A DNA stretch of 64,000 nt, taken from Flavobacteriales bacterium (GTDB lineage Bacteria; Bacteroidota; Bacteroidia; Flavobacteriales; UBA7312). A program made the translations under genes and the position numbers. Where the stretch lies: contig JBMHBP010000012.1 of assembly GCA_049890295.1 (NCBI GenBank), forward strand, positions 9,983 through 73,982, given 5' to 3'. Of this stretch, positions 9,124 through 16,758 are shown piece by piece. The stretch's first letter is position 1. Each line of letters starts with the position of its first letter. The notes below the pieces were generated by a model. That model made no database searches and had not been told where the DNA came from. It worked only from the letters and a program-made list of their open reading frames with translations.

Positions 9124-9150
9124 GGGGGAGTAATTACTCCCCCTTTTTTA
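9124..9150 (+). terminator. Rho-independent terminator after the cupredoxin-FAS1 gene
   Basis: GGGGGAGT-AATT-ACTCCCCC gives an 8-bp GC-rich stem (9124..9143) followed by TTTTTT (9144..9149). It ends 11 nt before the gpx ATG. Confidence 0.75.
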
Positions 9151-9159
9151 TATCCTATT

Positions 9160-9684
9160 ATGACTAAATACCTCCTTTTAATTATATCACTTTTAACTAT
9201 GAATACTACAATTTCTCAAACTTTTTACGACCTGTCTATCAAAGGTATTGACGGAGAAACTATCAATCTTTCTGATTACAAAGAACAAAATGTACTGATT
9301 GTAAATGTTGCCTCATTTTGTGGTTATACTTCCCAATACACTGAACTTCAAAAATTACACGACTCTTTCCCCAACTTAACCGTAATAGGCGTTCCATGTA
9401 ATCAATTTGGTTTTCAAGAGCCTGGCAATGCAAAGGAGATACAGAACTTTTGTCAAAGTAAGTATAGTATAGATTTTGTGCTCACTGAAAAAACAAAAGT
9501 TAAGGGAAAAGACAAGCATGAACTTTATAAATGGTTGACAGAAAAGAGTCTAAATGGTAAAGATGACTTTTCAGTGAGTTGGAATTTCAATAAATTCCTA
9601 GTCAATTCAGATGGCCAATTAGTAGATCATTTTGGTAGTGGAGTGTCTCCAATGGACAGTAAAATCACCAGTCAAATTAGGTAA
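9160..9684 (+). CDS. Glutathione peroxidase (Cys-type, BtuE-like), secreted/periplasmic
   Basis: 174 aa. Signal peptide, VASFCGYTSQY (peroxidatic Cys block), GVPCNQFGFQEPG, WNFNKFLV. These are canonical GPx family motifs. Confidence 0.9.
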   Translation: MTKYLLLIISLLTMNTTISQTFYDLSIKGIDGETINLSDYKEQNVLIVNVASFCGYTSQYTELQKLHDSFPNLTVIGVPCNQFGFQEPGNAKEIQNFCQSKYSIDFVLTEKTKVKGKDKHELYKWLTEKSLNGKDDFSVSWNFNKFLVNSDGQLVDHFGSGVSPMDSKITSQIR

Positions 9685-10241
9685 TGAAGAAGTTTCTGAT
9701 TGTATGTTTATCTATAATTTCGGTATTTACTATTTACGCTTTTAATGTGAGTTATGATACAAACTATACCGTAATTGAGACTATTGAATCTGTAGAAATT
9801 CGAGAATATCCAGAATCAATTTTTGCTAGCTATTATACAAATGGTTCAGGAAATAACTCTCAATTTAGAGTGCTTGCCAACTACATTTTTGGCGGAAACG
9901 ACCGTCAAGAACAAATTGGTATGACCTCTCCGGTGAATATGAAAATATCATCTGAGAATAATGAAATGTTATTCTTGATGCCTAATCGATACAATAAAAT
10001 CAATTTACCAAAACCTAATAACATCAATATCGACATAATTACCGTAGAAAAACGTAAAGTAGCTACTCTTCGGTTTTCAGGTTACTCCAATACTGATAAA
10101 GTTAATAAGAAAAAAGCTCAACTTATCGAGACTCTAAATAAACACAATATTAAACATACCAATGAGTATGAACTATTAATTTACGACTCACCATATAAGT
10201 TGCTGAACCGAAGAAATGAAGTATTAGTCGTACTACCATAA
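9684..10241 (+). CDS. SOUL heme-binding family protein
   Basis: 185 aa. YTVIETIESVEIREYPE, FRVLANYIFGGN, IGMTSPV, ATLRFSGY are SOUL/HBP family blocks. The start overlaps the gpx stop by 1 nt. Confidence 0.75.
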   Translation: MKKFLIVCLSIISVFTIYAFNVSYDTNYTVIETIESVEIREYPESIFASYYTNGSGNNSQFRVLANYIFGGNDRQEQIGMTSPVNMKISSENNEMLFLMPNRYNKINLPKPNNINIDIITVEKRKVATLRFSGYSNTDKVNKKKAQLIETLNKHNIKHTNEYELLIYDSPYKLLNRRNEVLVVLP

Positions 10242-11035
10242 TGCCAGAAGGTCCTGAGGTAAAAATAGCATCCAAATTTTATAATTCTTTTTTTAAAGAA
10301 GCAAAAAATATGTCCTTTGATATTATCAACGAATATTATGAGGTCAAATACAAAACTGTTTTTGAAAAAATCAAAAACCATCATCCTAAAGATTTTGTAC
10401 CATCGTTTACAGTGGGTAAAAATTTATTTATTCCCTTAAACAACAATTATTTATTCAACTTCCATCTTGGCATGACAGGTTGCTGGAGTCATGAAAAATC
10501 AAAACACTGCCACTTCAAAATTTCTAGTAGTAATGGTGAACTCTTTTTTAAAGACGTTAGAAAATTTGGTAAAATGAGAATACTCACTTTTGATGAATTT
10601 GCCATAAAACATTCTCCTCAGTTTGATTTACTACATGAAGATTACAATACAGAATTACATCTAACATACCTTACAGAAAAAATTACCCCCAAACGGAGTA
10701 TATGCTCTGTATTGATGGATCAAAACTGTTTTCCTGGAGTTGGTAACTACATAAAATCTGAGGCCCTATTTGCTGCAAAAATTCATCCCGAAAAAAAATG
10801 GGGACAATTATCTAAGAGAAAAAAAATAACTTTAATAGAGTTTACAAAAGAAATCATGCATCATAGTTTTCAAACTGGAGGTGCTGAACTTAAAGATTTT
10901 AAAAACCCTTTTGACCAGTCTCAATTTTCATTAAAAGTGTATGGTAAAAAAAATGACCCTGAAGGGAATGAAGTGATCAGTCAATTAACCTCTGACCAGC
11001 GTAAAAGTTGGTTCTGTCCATCCGTTCAAAAATGA
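10241..11035 (+). CDS. Fpg/Nei family DNA glycosylase/AP lyase with degenerate (zincless-type) C-terminal finger
   Basis: 264 aa. N-terminal MPEGPEV (catalytic Pro2/Glu3), H2TH-like PGVGNYIKSEALFAAKIHP. The C-terminus ...VYGKKNDPEGNEVISQLTSDQRKSWFCPSVQK retains only one Cys where Fpg has CxxC...CxxC. Confidence 0.85.
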   Translation: MPEGPEVKIASKFYNSFFKEAKNMSFDIINEYYEVKYKTVFEKIKNHHPKDFVPSFTVGKNLFIPLNNNYLFNFHLGMTGCWSHEKSKHCHFKISSSNGELFFKDVRKFGKMRILTFDEFAIKHSPQFDLLHEDYNTELHLTYLTEKITPKRSICSVLMDQNCFPGVGNYIKSEALFAAKIHPEKKWGQLSKRKKITLIEFTKEIMHHSFQTGGAELKDFKNPFDQSQFSLKVYGKKNDPEGNEVISQLTSDQRKSWFCPSVQK

Positions 11036-11391
11036 ATTACTGTGTCCATTTTATTTTTTACAATCAGGAGCTACTACTATTGAAGCGAAAAAAAACAAAT
11101 CCATTTTTTCCTAACATATGGACACCTGTCATTGGGAAAATAAAAAATAATGAACAACCTTATGATGCAATGATTAGAGAAACAAAGGAAGAAACTGATT
11201 TGATTTTAGCAAATCCCCAATTTATTAAAGAAGTCAAACACAAGGATGATACGTATTGGTTTTATCAAAGCACGACCGAAACAACTGATATCTACTTGAA
11301 TCATGAAAATGATAAATTCAGTTTCTTTAAATGTAATGAGCTACCAGAAAGTTTATGGTTACTTTTCAAAAATATAGTTGCAAAATCCTAA
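11032..11391 (+). CDS. NUDIX hydrolase
   Basis: Nudix box GKIKNNEQPYDAMIRETKEETDL (Gx5Ex7REUxEExGU with G to D at the last Gly). I prefer ATG 11032 (ATGA overlap with the nei stop) over the track start at 11008. Confidence 0.8.
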   Translation: MNYCVHFIFYNQELLLLKRKKTNPFFPNIWTPVIGKIKNNEQPYDAMIRETKEETDLILANPQFIKEVKHKDDTYWFYQSTTETTDIYLNHENDKFSFFKCNELPESLWLLFKNIVAKS

Positions 11392-13454
11392 GTCAGTCGC
11401 TTAATAATCAAAGGCAAATAGACTAGATCAAAAAACACAGCAATAATTGCACTTAAGATAGTGATTACTGAAAGTTGAGATACAGACTTGAACTCAGAAA
11501 ACATCAGTGGTAGTAAACAAAAAATAATAATAAAGGTAGTTTTTACAACAGCCGAGCCCGTTTTAGTTAGCACTAAATCCATTGCTTTTGATTGGCTAAC
11601 CCCTCGCTTGATATGATTTGAATAGGCGCTAATCACATGTATTGAGTCATCAATAATCAGTCCAAAAACTATAGTAAAAATAAAAGCGTTAGATAAACTA
11701 AAGTAAAATCCAAATGTGTGAAGAATTCCAATACAAACAAGTATTGGTGCTAGATTTGGAATAACAGCAATCACAAAGTAATTTTTATTAAAATTATTGA
11801 TTACGAAGAAAATGATGCCTATTGATAAAATGGCAATCAATAAACCAAAAATTAGCTGTTTGGTTAAATCATTGGCTAATAAATCAAATAAATACCCCGC
11901 TCCAGAATATTCAAACTTAACCTCAGGGAATACACTTTCTAAGTTGTTTAACTTACTAATTGTTTTTAGTGAACCTTCATCAGAAGATCGACAAATAAAA
12001 AAATAACTATCGGCTAGAGATTCACTTGAAAACCCCATGCTTTTAAGCAAGCTAGTATTTGATGATATATTAGAAAAATCTATTGTAAAACCCAAGTTTA
12101 TCAATTCATCTTCAATAGCTTTTAATTGCTCATAGTCTAATTCTTTTTGTTGACTAATATTGATTGATATTGGCTTTATTCCTCCAAAATGTTGATCAAT
12201 GAAGGCCGTTTGTTTGTACATGAACGACTTTTTATTTATTTCATCAGTTAAGTAGTTGTCAATTTTTACATTAAACACACCATAAACTCCTAAAGCAACT
12301 AAAAAAACCATGACAACATGAAAAGTCATTTTCTGCTGGCCCTCTTTTAAAAACATAATAAAACTAGATATAAACTGTTCTATAAACAAATAACTATTAC
12401 TTTGATTAAAGCCTTTCTCAACACTGATGGAATAAACTAATTTGGCAATAAATAAAGTAACGACTACCCCTAAAGAAGTAATTATACCGAACCGTAAAAT
12501 TGGCATAATATCGTTAGCTAAAAAGGTTAGAAAACTCATAGCAGTAGTAATTGACGTCAAGGCTACAGCCTTCCCCACCAGGTTCATTCTATTGTCAAAA
12601 AAGCCTCTTCGAGATTGCGTCAGTTTAGCTTGTTTATTGGTCAAATGCATAATATCAGAAAGACAAACAATAAAAAGAATAGCAGGAGTAACAATCATTA
12701 CCAACTCAATACCACCAAATACAATTTGTGAAATTCCTAGCGTAATTACTATACTAGCTATTACGCTCATAACAGTTAAACTTACTAAAGCTAAATTTCG
12801 AGTAATAAGCATCAGAAATAAAAAGCAAAGCGTACCGCTAATAAGAGTCAAAACAATAAACTCTTCTATAACTTTTTTTGAAAAATATAATTCACTTGGC
12901 AGTCGTCCACTAACAAATACTTCCTCTAAATTAGCGTTAATATTAGCCTTATAAAGCGATGCTATAAAGGATTTATTTTCTTCAAAAGTAGTTTCCGCTT
13001 CTTTCTCTACTAAAAAAAGTAATTTTTTTCTGTCATCAGAAATGAAATTACTAGGTGATTGTTGTAACGTTAGAAAAGAGCGGTCAAATGATTGTTGACT
13101 TTGTAAATCCAACACCCTATTGGTGATTGGAAAAAGACCTGTATTTATAATTCGCCTGTCATTAATTATACTAAATAGACGTTTTACTTGGCTTGTTTTT
13201 TTTAAAGTCGTATGAAAATTTTTGACATCATTCATATCTGTATAAGACAGACTTTCTTTGAACGATAAGCCTAAAAAAACAAGATTATTATCATCGACTA
13301 ATTTTACAGCTTCGTTGCTAAGCTCTAACTCATTGATTATTCGTTCAGAATCAAAAAATATTGTTGCAGTCGAAAGACGAAAAGCACAATATATGAAAGT
13401 CAAAACGGTTAAAACCGATAAGCTATATTTATAACGCCACAAAAACGAATACAT
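11388..13454 (-). CDS. MMPL/RND-superfamily (sterol-sensing-domain type) membrane transporter
   Basis: 688 aa. Two hydrophobic 5-6 helix bundles separated by soluble loops, the topology typical of MMPL/SSD exporters. Follows the SDR gene after a 5-nt gap. Confidence 0.65.
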   Translation of the reverse strand: MYSFLWRYKYSLSVLTVLTFIYCAFRLSTATIFFDSERIINELELSNEAVKLVDDNNLVFLGLSFKESLSYTDMNDVKNFHTTLKKTSQVKRLFSIINDRRIINTGLFPITNRVLDLQSQQSFDRSFLTLQQSPSNFISDDRKKLLFLVEKEAETTFEENKSFIASLYKANINANLEEVFVSGRLPSELYFSKKVIEEFIVLTLISGTLCFLFLMLITRNLALVSLTVMSVIASIVITLGISQIVFGGIELVMIVTPAILFIVCLSDIMHLTNKQAKLTQSRRGFFDNRMNLVGKAVALTSITTAMSFLTFLANDIMPILRFGIITSLGVVVTLFIAKLVYSISVEKGFNQSNSYLFIEQFISSFIMFLKEGQQKMTFHVVMVFLVALGVYGVFNVKIDNYLTDEINKKSFMYKQTAFIDQHFGGIKPISINISQQKELDYEQLKAIEDELINLGFTIDFSNISSNTSLLKSMGFSSESLADSYFFICRSSDEGSLKTISKLNNLESVFPEVKFEYSGAGYLFDLLANDLTKQLIFGLLIAILSIGIIFFVINNFNKNYFVIAVIPNLAPILVCIGILHTFGFYFSLSNAFIFTIVFGLIIDDSIHVISAYSNHIKRGVSQSKAMDLVLTKTGSAVVKTTFIIIFCLLPLMFSEFKSVSQLSVITILSAIIAVFFDLVYLPLIIKRLT

Positions 13455-13459
13455 ACTTT

Positions 13460-14125
13460 CTATTTTTTGATAGAAGATAATCCACCATCAAGCTGTAAAA
13501 CTTGACCGGTCATCCATGATGATTTGTCTGAAAGCAAAAATTCAATACCATGTGCAATATCCTGAGGTTGTCCAACTCTTTGTAATGGATGACGAGCATT
13601 CATTTGTTCTACCTGGGCTTCAGTTCTAAATAAACGACTTGATAATTTAGTTTGCACCACAGAAGGAGCTATACAATTCACCCTTACCTTAGGAGACCAC
13701 TCGGCAGCTAATGCACGTGCAAACCCCTCCAATGCTGACTTACACAATGAAATAGATGCATGATATGGCATACCGACAGATGCAGCAACAGAGCTAATAA
13801 ATACAACTGATGAATTTTGAGCCAATTGCTTGTGATAGTGTTTAAGAATTTTAATTAATCCTAATACATTTATTTCGTAATCAGTCTGAAAATCAGACAA
13901 TTTTAAACCAGAAAATGGTCTTAGGTTAATTGAACCAGGAAAATATACTAAACCATCTAAATCACCTGAAATATCTGGAAATGTGGATTCATCCTGAATG
14001 TTCACTTGGTGTTGTCCAGGACTTGAAGGATTGGAAGTAAACTGAATAAATTCTGTTTTAGTTCCGCTAATTTCTAAAAGGCTTTTAGCTATTTCACTAG
14101 AAGCACCAACGAGTAATATTTTCAT
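13460..14125 (-). CDS. Short-chain dehydrogenase/reductase (SDR), atypical catalytic-Tyr spacing
   Basis: 221 aa. MKILLVGASSEIAKSL Rossmann start, ISSVAA, CIAPSVVQT, and C-terminal WMTGQVLQLDGG typical of classical SDRs. The expected YxxxK region reads PYHASISLCKSAL. Confidence 0.8.
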   Translation of the reverse strand: MKILLVGASSEIAKSLLEISGTKTEFIQFTSNPSSPGQHQVNIQDESTFPDISGDLDGLVYFPGSINLRPFSGLKLSDFQTDYEINVLGLIKILKHYHKQLAQNSSVVFISSVAASVGMPYHASISLCKSALEGFARALAAEWSPKVRVNCIAPSVVQTKLSSRLFRTEAQVEQMNARHPLQRVGQPQDIAHGIEFLLSDKSSWMTGQVLQLDGGLSSIKK

Positions 14126-14148
14126 TTTTCTTGCAAAGCTAATACTTT

Positions 14149-14180
14149 TTGTATAATTTTGACAATGTAAATTTATACAA
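14149..14180. promoter_or_regulatory. Palindromic operator candidate copy 3 (TTGTATA-N18-TATACAA) in the SDR / PTPS-folE-crt divergent region
   Basis: TTGTATA at 14149..14155 and TATACAA at 14174..14180 with an 18-nt spacer, inside the 56-nt gap between ATG 14125 (minus) and ATG 14182 (plus). The left arm overlaps a plus-strand TAATTTTG box (14154..14161). A minus-strand TAGCTTTG box lies at 14141..14134. Confidence 0.6.
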
Positions 14181-14181
14181 A

Positions 14182-14598
14182 ATGAAAAAAGTTAAAGTAA
14201 TTCGTCGTGAACGTTTCAACGCTGCCCACCGATTATTCAACCCTAACTGGTCGGATAAAAAAAACGAAAGTGTTTTTGGCAAATGTTCAAACAAAAATTG
14301 GCACGGTCACAACTACGAGTTATTTGTCACTGTTGAAGGCACTATCGACCCAGAGACTGGCTACGTTATTGATCTCAAAATTTTGAGTGACATCATCAAA
14401 AATAATGTTGTAAACAAAATGGACCACCGAAACCTTAATCTAGAAGTTGACTTCATGAAAGGTGTGATTACTACAGCTGAAAATATAGCCGTTAAAATAT
14501 ACGAACAGATTGAAAAAGAAATCAAGGCTACTAACTGCAATCTCTACAGTGTGAAACTCTACGAGACTGAAAATAATTATGTGGAGTATTATGGATAA
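14182..14598 (+). CDS. 6-pyruvoyl-tetrahydropterin synthase / QueD family (COG0720) enzyme
   Basis: I place the start at ATG 14182 (MKKVKVIRRERFNAAHRL...); the track start at 14149 is a TTG inside the operator. Motifs FNAAHRL and C-x5-HGH (CSNKNWHGHNY), and the C-terminal ETENN block. Confidence 0.85.
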   Translation: MKKVKVIRRERFNAAHRLFNPNWSDKKNESVFGKCSNKNWHGHNYELFVTVEGTIDPETGYVIDLKILSDIIKNNVVNKMDHRNLNLEVDFMKGVITTAENIAVKIYEQIEKEIKATNCNLYSVKLYETENNYVEYYG

Positions 14599-15277
14599 AA
14601 AACAAAACGAAAATATCGCTCACATCATAGAACTAAATCCTGAATTAAAAAATATTGGTTTTGCCGATGGTATAAATATTGGAGGTGCACTCAATAGTGC
14701 GGAGAAGGAAGTAATGATTAAAAAGGCAGCTCATAAATTTGGAGAGTTTTTAGATGCATTAGGTTGCGACTGGAAAAACGACCCTAATTCTAAAGAAACA
14801 CCAACAAGAGTTGCCAAAGCGTATGTCAACGATTTGTGGGCCGGACGATATAATCCATTTCCTAAAATAACCACTTTCCCCAATGACGATTATGATGGCA
14901 TCATTTTTGAGGGAAATATTCCTGTAATATCTATGTGTTCTCACCACCATCAAACCATTATGGGCAAAGCACATATAGCCTATATTCCAAAAATCAACCA
15001 TAAGATAATAGGATTGAGTAAGCTCAACCGAATTGTCGAACATTACTCCAGGCGTGGTGCTATTCAAGAAAACTTGACAGTACGCATTCACGATGCCATC
15101 AATAAGATAGTTGAGAGTAACAAGGGAGTTGCTGTAATGATTGAAGCAACTCACAATTGTGTTCAATGTAGAGGTGTAGGCCATAAAGGAACAACAATGA
15201 AGACTTCTAAATTAACTGGAGAGTTCATAGAATCGAACAAAACAAGAAATGAATTTTATGAATTTATCAAGTCTTAA
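14579..15277 (+). CDS. folE: GTP cyclohydrolase I (FolE type 1)
   Basis: 232 aa. TPTRVAKAY, zinc ligands in SMCSHHHQ and ATHNCVQCRGV. Alternative start at ATG 14591. Overlaps the upstream gene end. Confidence 0.9.
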   Translation: MWSIMDKKQNENIAHIIELNPELKNIGFADGINIGGALNSAEKEVMIKKAAHKFGEFLDALGCDWKNDPNSKETPTRVAKAYVNDLWAGRYNPFPKITTFPNDDYDGIIFEGNIPVISMCSHHHQTIMGKAHIAYIPKINHKIIGLSKLNRIVEHYSRRGAIQENLTVRIHDAINKIVESNKGVAVMIEATHNCVQCRGVGHKGTTMKTSKLTGEFIESNKTRNEFYEFIKS

Positions 15278-15279
15278 AT

Positions 15280-16758
15280 ATGGGTAAGGTTTCAGTCATA
15301 GGAAGTGGATTTTCAGGCTTAAGTACGGCGGCATTCTTGGCAAAAGATGGGCATGAGGTTTCAATTTTTGAAAAAAACAATACCATAGGAGGTAGAGCTA
15401 GACAATTTAGTGCCAATGGATTTATTTTTGATATGGGTCCAAGTTGGTATTGGATGGCTGATGTTTTTGAAAAATTCTTTCATCAATTTGGAAAAAAACC
15501 CAGTGACTATTTTGATTTAGTACAATTAGATCCAGGCTTTCAGATCATTTTCGACCAAGATCATACAATGGAAATTTCGTCGAATTGGGATGACGTTTGC
15601 GAGTTATTTGAATACTTTGAAAAAGGCTCTGCAGATAAGCTAAATGCATTTATGAAAGAAGCCGAATACAAATACGACATCGGCATCAATCAATTAGTGT
15701 ACGAGCCAGGGCTGTCATTATCAGAAGTCTGCAAACCTGAAATTTTCCTCAACGTATTTAAACTTCAAGTTTTCACTTCTTACAGAAAGCATGTAGCTAA
15801 ATATTTTAAAAATCCTTATTTAAGATCACTTTTAGAGTTTCCTGTTTTATTTCTAGGAACAGCACCCAATCAAACCCCCGCTTTGTATAGTTTAATGACT
15901 TACTCCGGCATCAAAAAAGGAACCTTTTATCCAATGGGTGGTTTTGGGAAAGTTATTGATGGCTTTAAACAAGTATGTGTCGAACAAGGGGTTTCTATTT
16001 TCACAGACGAGGCCGTGCAGTCAGTGAACATAAAGGACAGAAAAATTCAGTCAATACAAACAAGCCAAAGAACGTTTGAAACTGATGTTCTGATAGGATC
16101 GGCCGATTACAGCCATGTAGATAATAAAATTCTACCCAAAGAATACAGTAATTACAAGGCATCCTATTGGGAGAATAGAACTTTCTCGCCATCTAGTTTG
16201 TTATTTTATGTAGGAGTCAATAAAAAAATAAATAAACTCATTCATCACAATTTATTTTTTGATGAAGATATTGAACAGCATACTAATGAGATATATAAAA
16301 ACCCACAGTGGCCAAAACAACCTCTTTTTTATGTTTGCTGCCCTTCAAAGACAGATCCAGAAGTAGCTCCAGAAGGAAAAGAAAACTTATTCTTTTTAAT
16401 GCCAATAGCTCCCGGCCTTCAAGATACCGAAGAGATTCGCGAAAAATATTTCAAAATAATGCTAAAGCGTCTAGAAAAATATACGGGACAAAGCATAGAG
16501 GACGCTATTGAGTACAAAAAGAGCTACTGCGTTAATGACTTCGTTTCTGATTATAATGCTTATAAAGGCAACGCCTATGGCTTAGCTAACACGCTTATGC
16601 AAACTGCTAATTTGAAGCCTAAAATCAATAATAAAAAAATATCAAACTTATTCTACACAGGACAACTTACTGTACCAGGACCCGGTGTCCCACCTTCAAT
16701 TATTTCAGGACAGGTGGTTGCCAAACATATTGTAGATTCTAAACTTCTTTCATTATGA
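15280..16758 (+). CDS. crtI: Phytoene desaturase
   Basis: 492 aa. FAD dinucleotide fold VIGSGFSGLSTAAFLAKDGHEVSIFEKNNTIGGRA and C-terminal FYTGQLTVPGPGVPPSIISG, typical of CrtI. Confidence 0.9.
   Translation: MGKVSVIGSGFSGLSTAAFLAKDGHEVSIFEKNNTIGGRARQFSANGFIFDMGPSWYWMADVFEKFFHQFGKKPSDYFDLVQLDPGFQIIFDQDHTMEISSNWDDVCELFEYFEKGSADKLNAFMKEAEYKYDIGINQLVYEPGLSLSEVCKPEIFLNVFKLQVFTSYRKHVAKYFKNPYLRSLLEFPVLFLGTAPNQTPALYSLMTYSGIKKGTFYPMGGFGKVIDGFKQVCVEQGVSIFTDEAVQSVNIKDRKIQSIQTSQRTFETDVLIGSADYSHVDNKILPKEYSNYKASYWENRTFSPSSLLFYVGVNKKINKLIHHNLFFDEDIEQHTNEIYKNPQWPKQPLFYVCCPSKTDPEVAPEGKENLFFLMPIAPGLQDTEEIREKYFKIMLKRLEKYTGQSIEDAIEYKKSYCVNDFVSDYNAYKGNAYGLANTLMQTANLKPKINNKKISNLFYTGQLTVPGPGVPPSIISGQVVAKHIVDSKLLSL

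Noticed and set aside
11388-11391. Convergent nudix and MMPL genes overlap at their stop codons (CTAA) with no terminator between them
   Set aside because: The overlap is real, but it is a common compaction feature. I see no hairpin or other structure suggesting regulation.
12442-12954. 170-aa plus-strand ORF inside the MMPL transporter gene, and similar antisense ORFs at 14759..15184, 21954..22283, 30651..30965, 54878..55159 and 59753..60103
   Set aside because: Each is fully nested antisense to a gene with strong family motifs. None shows a recognisable domain.
14126-14181. A preQ1 riboswitch upstream of the QueD-like gene, or a cobalamin riboswitch upstream of the TonB-dependent receptor (3103..3110), was considered
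   Set aside because: The leaders are only 56 nt (occupied by the palindromic operator) and 8 nt respectively. That is too short for either riboswitch class.
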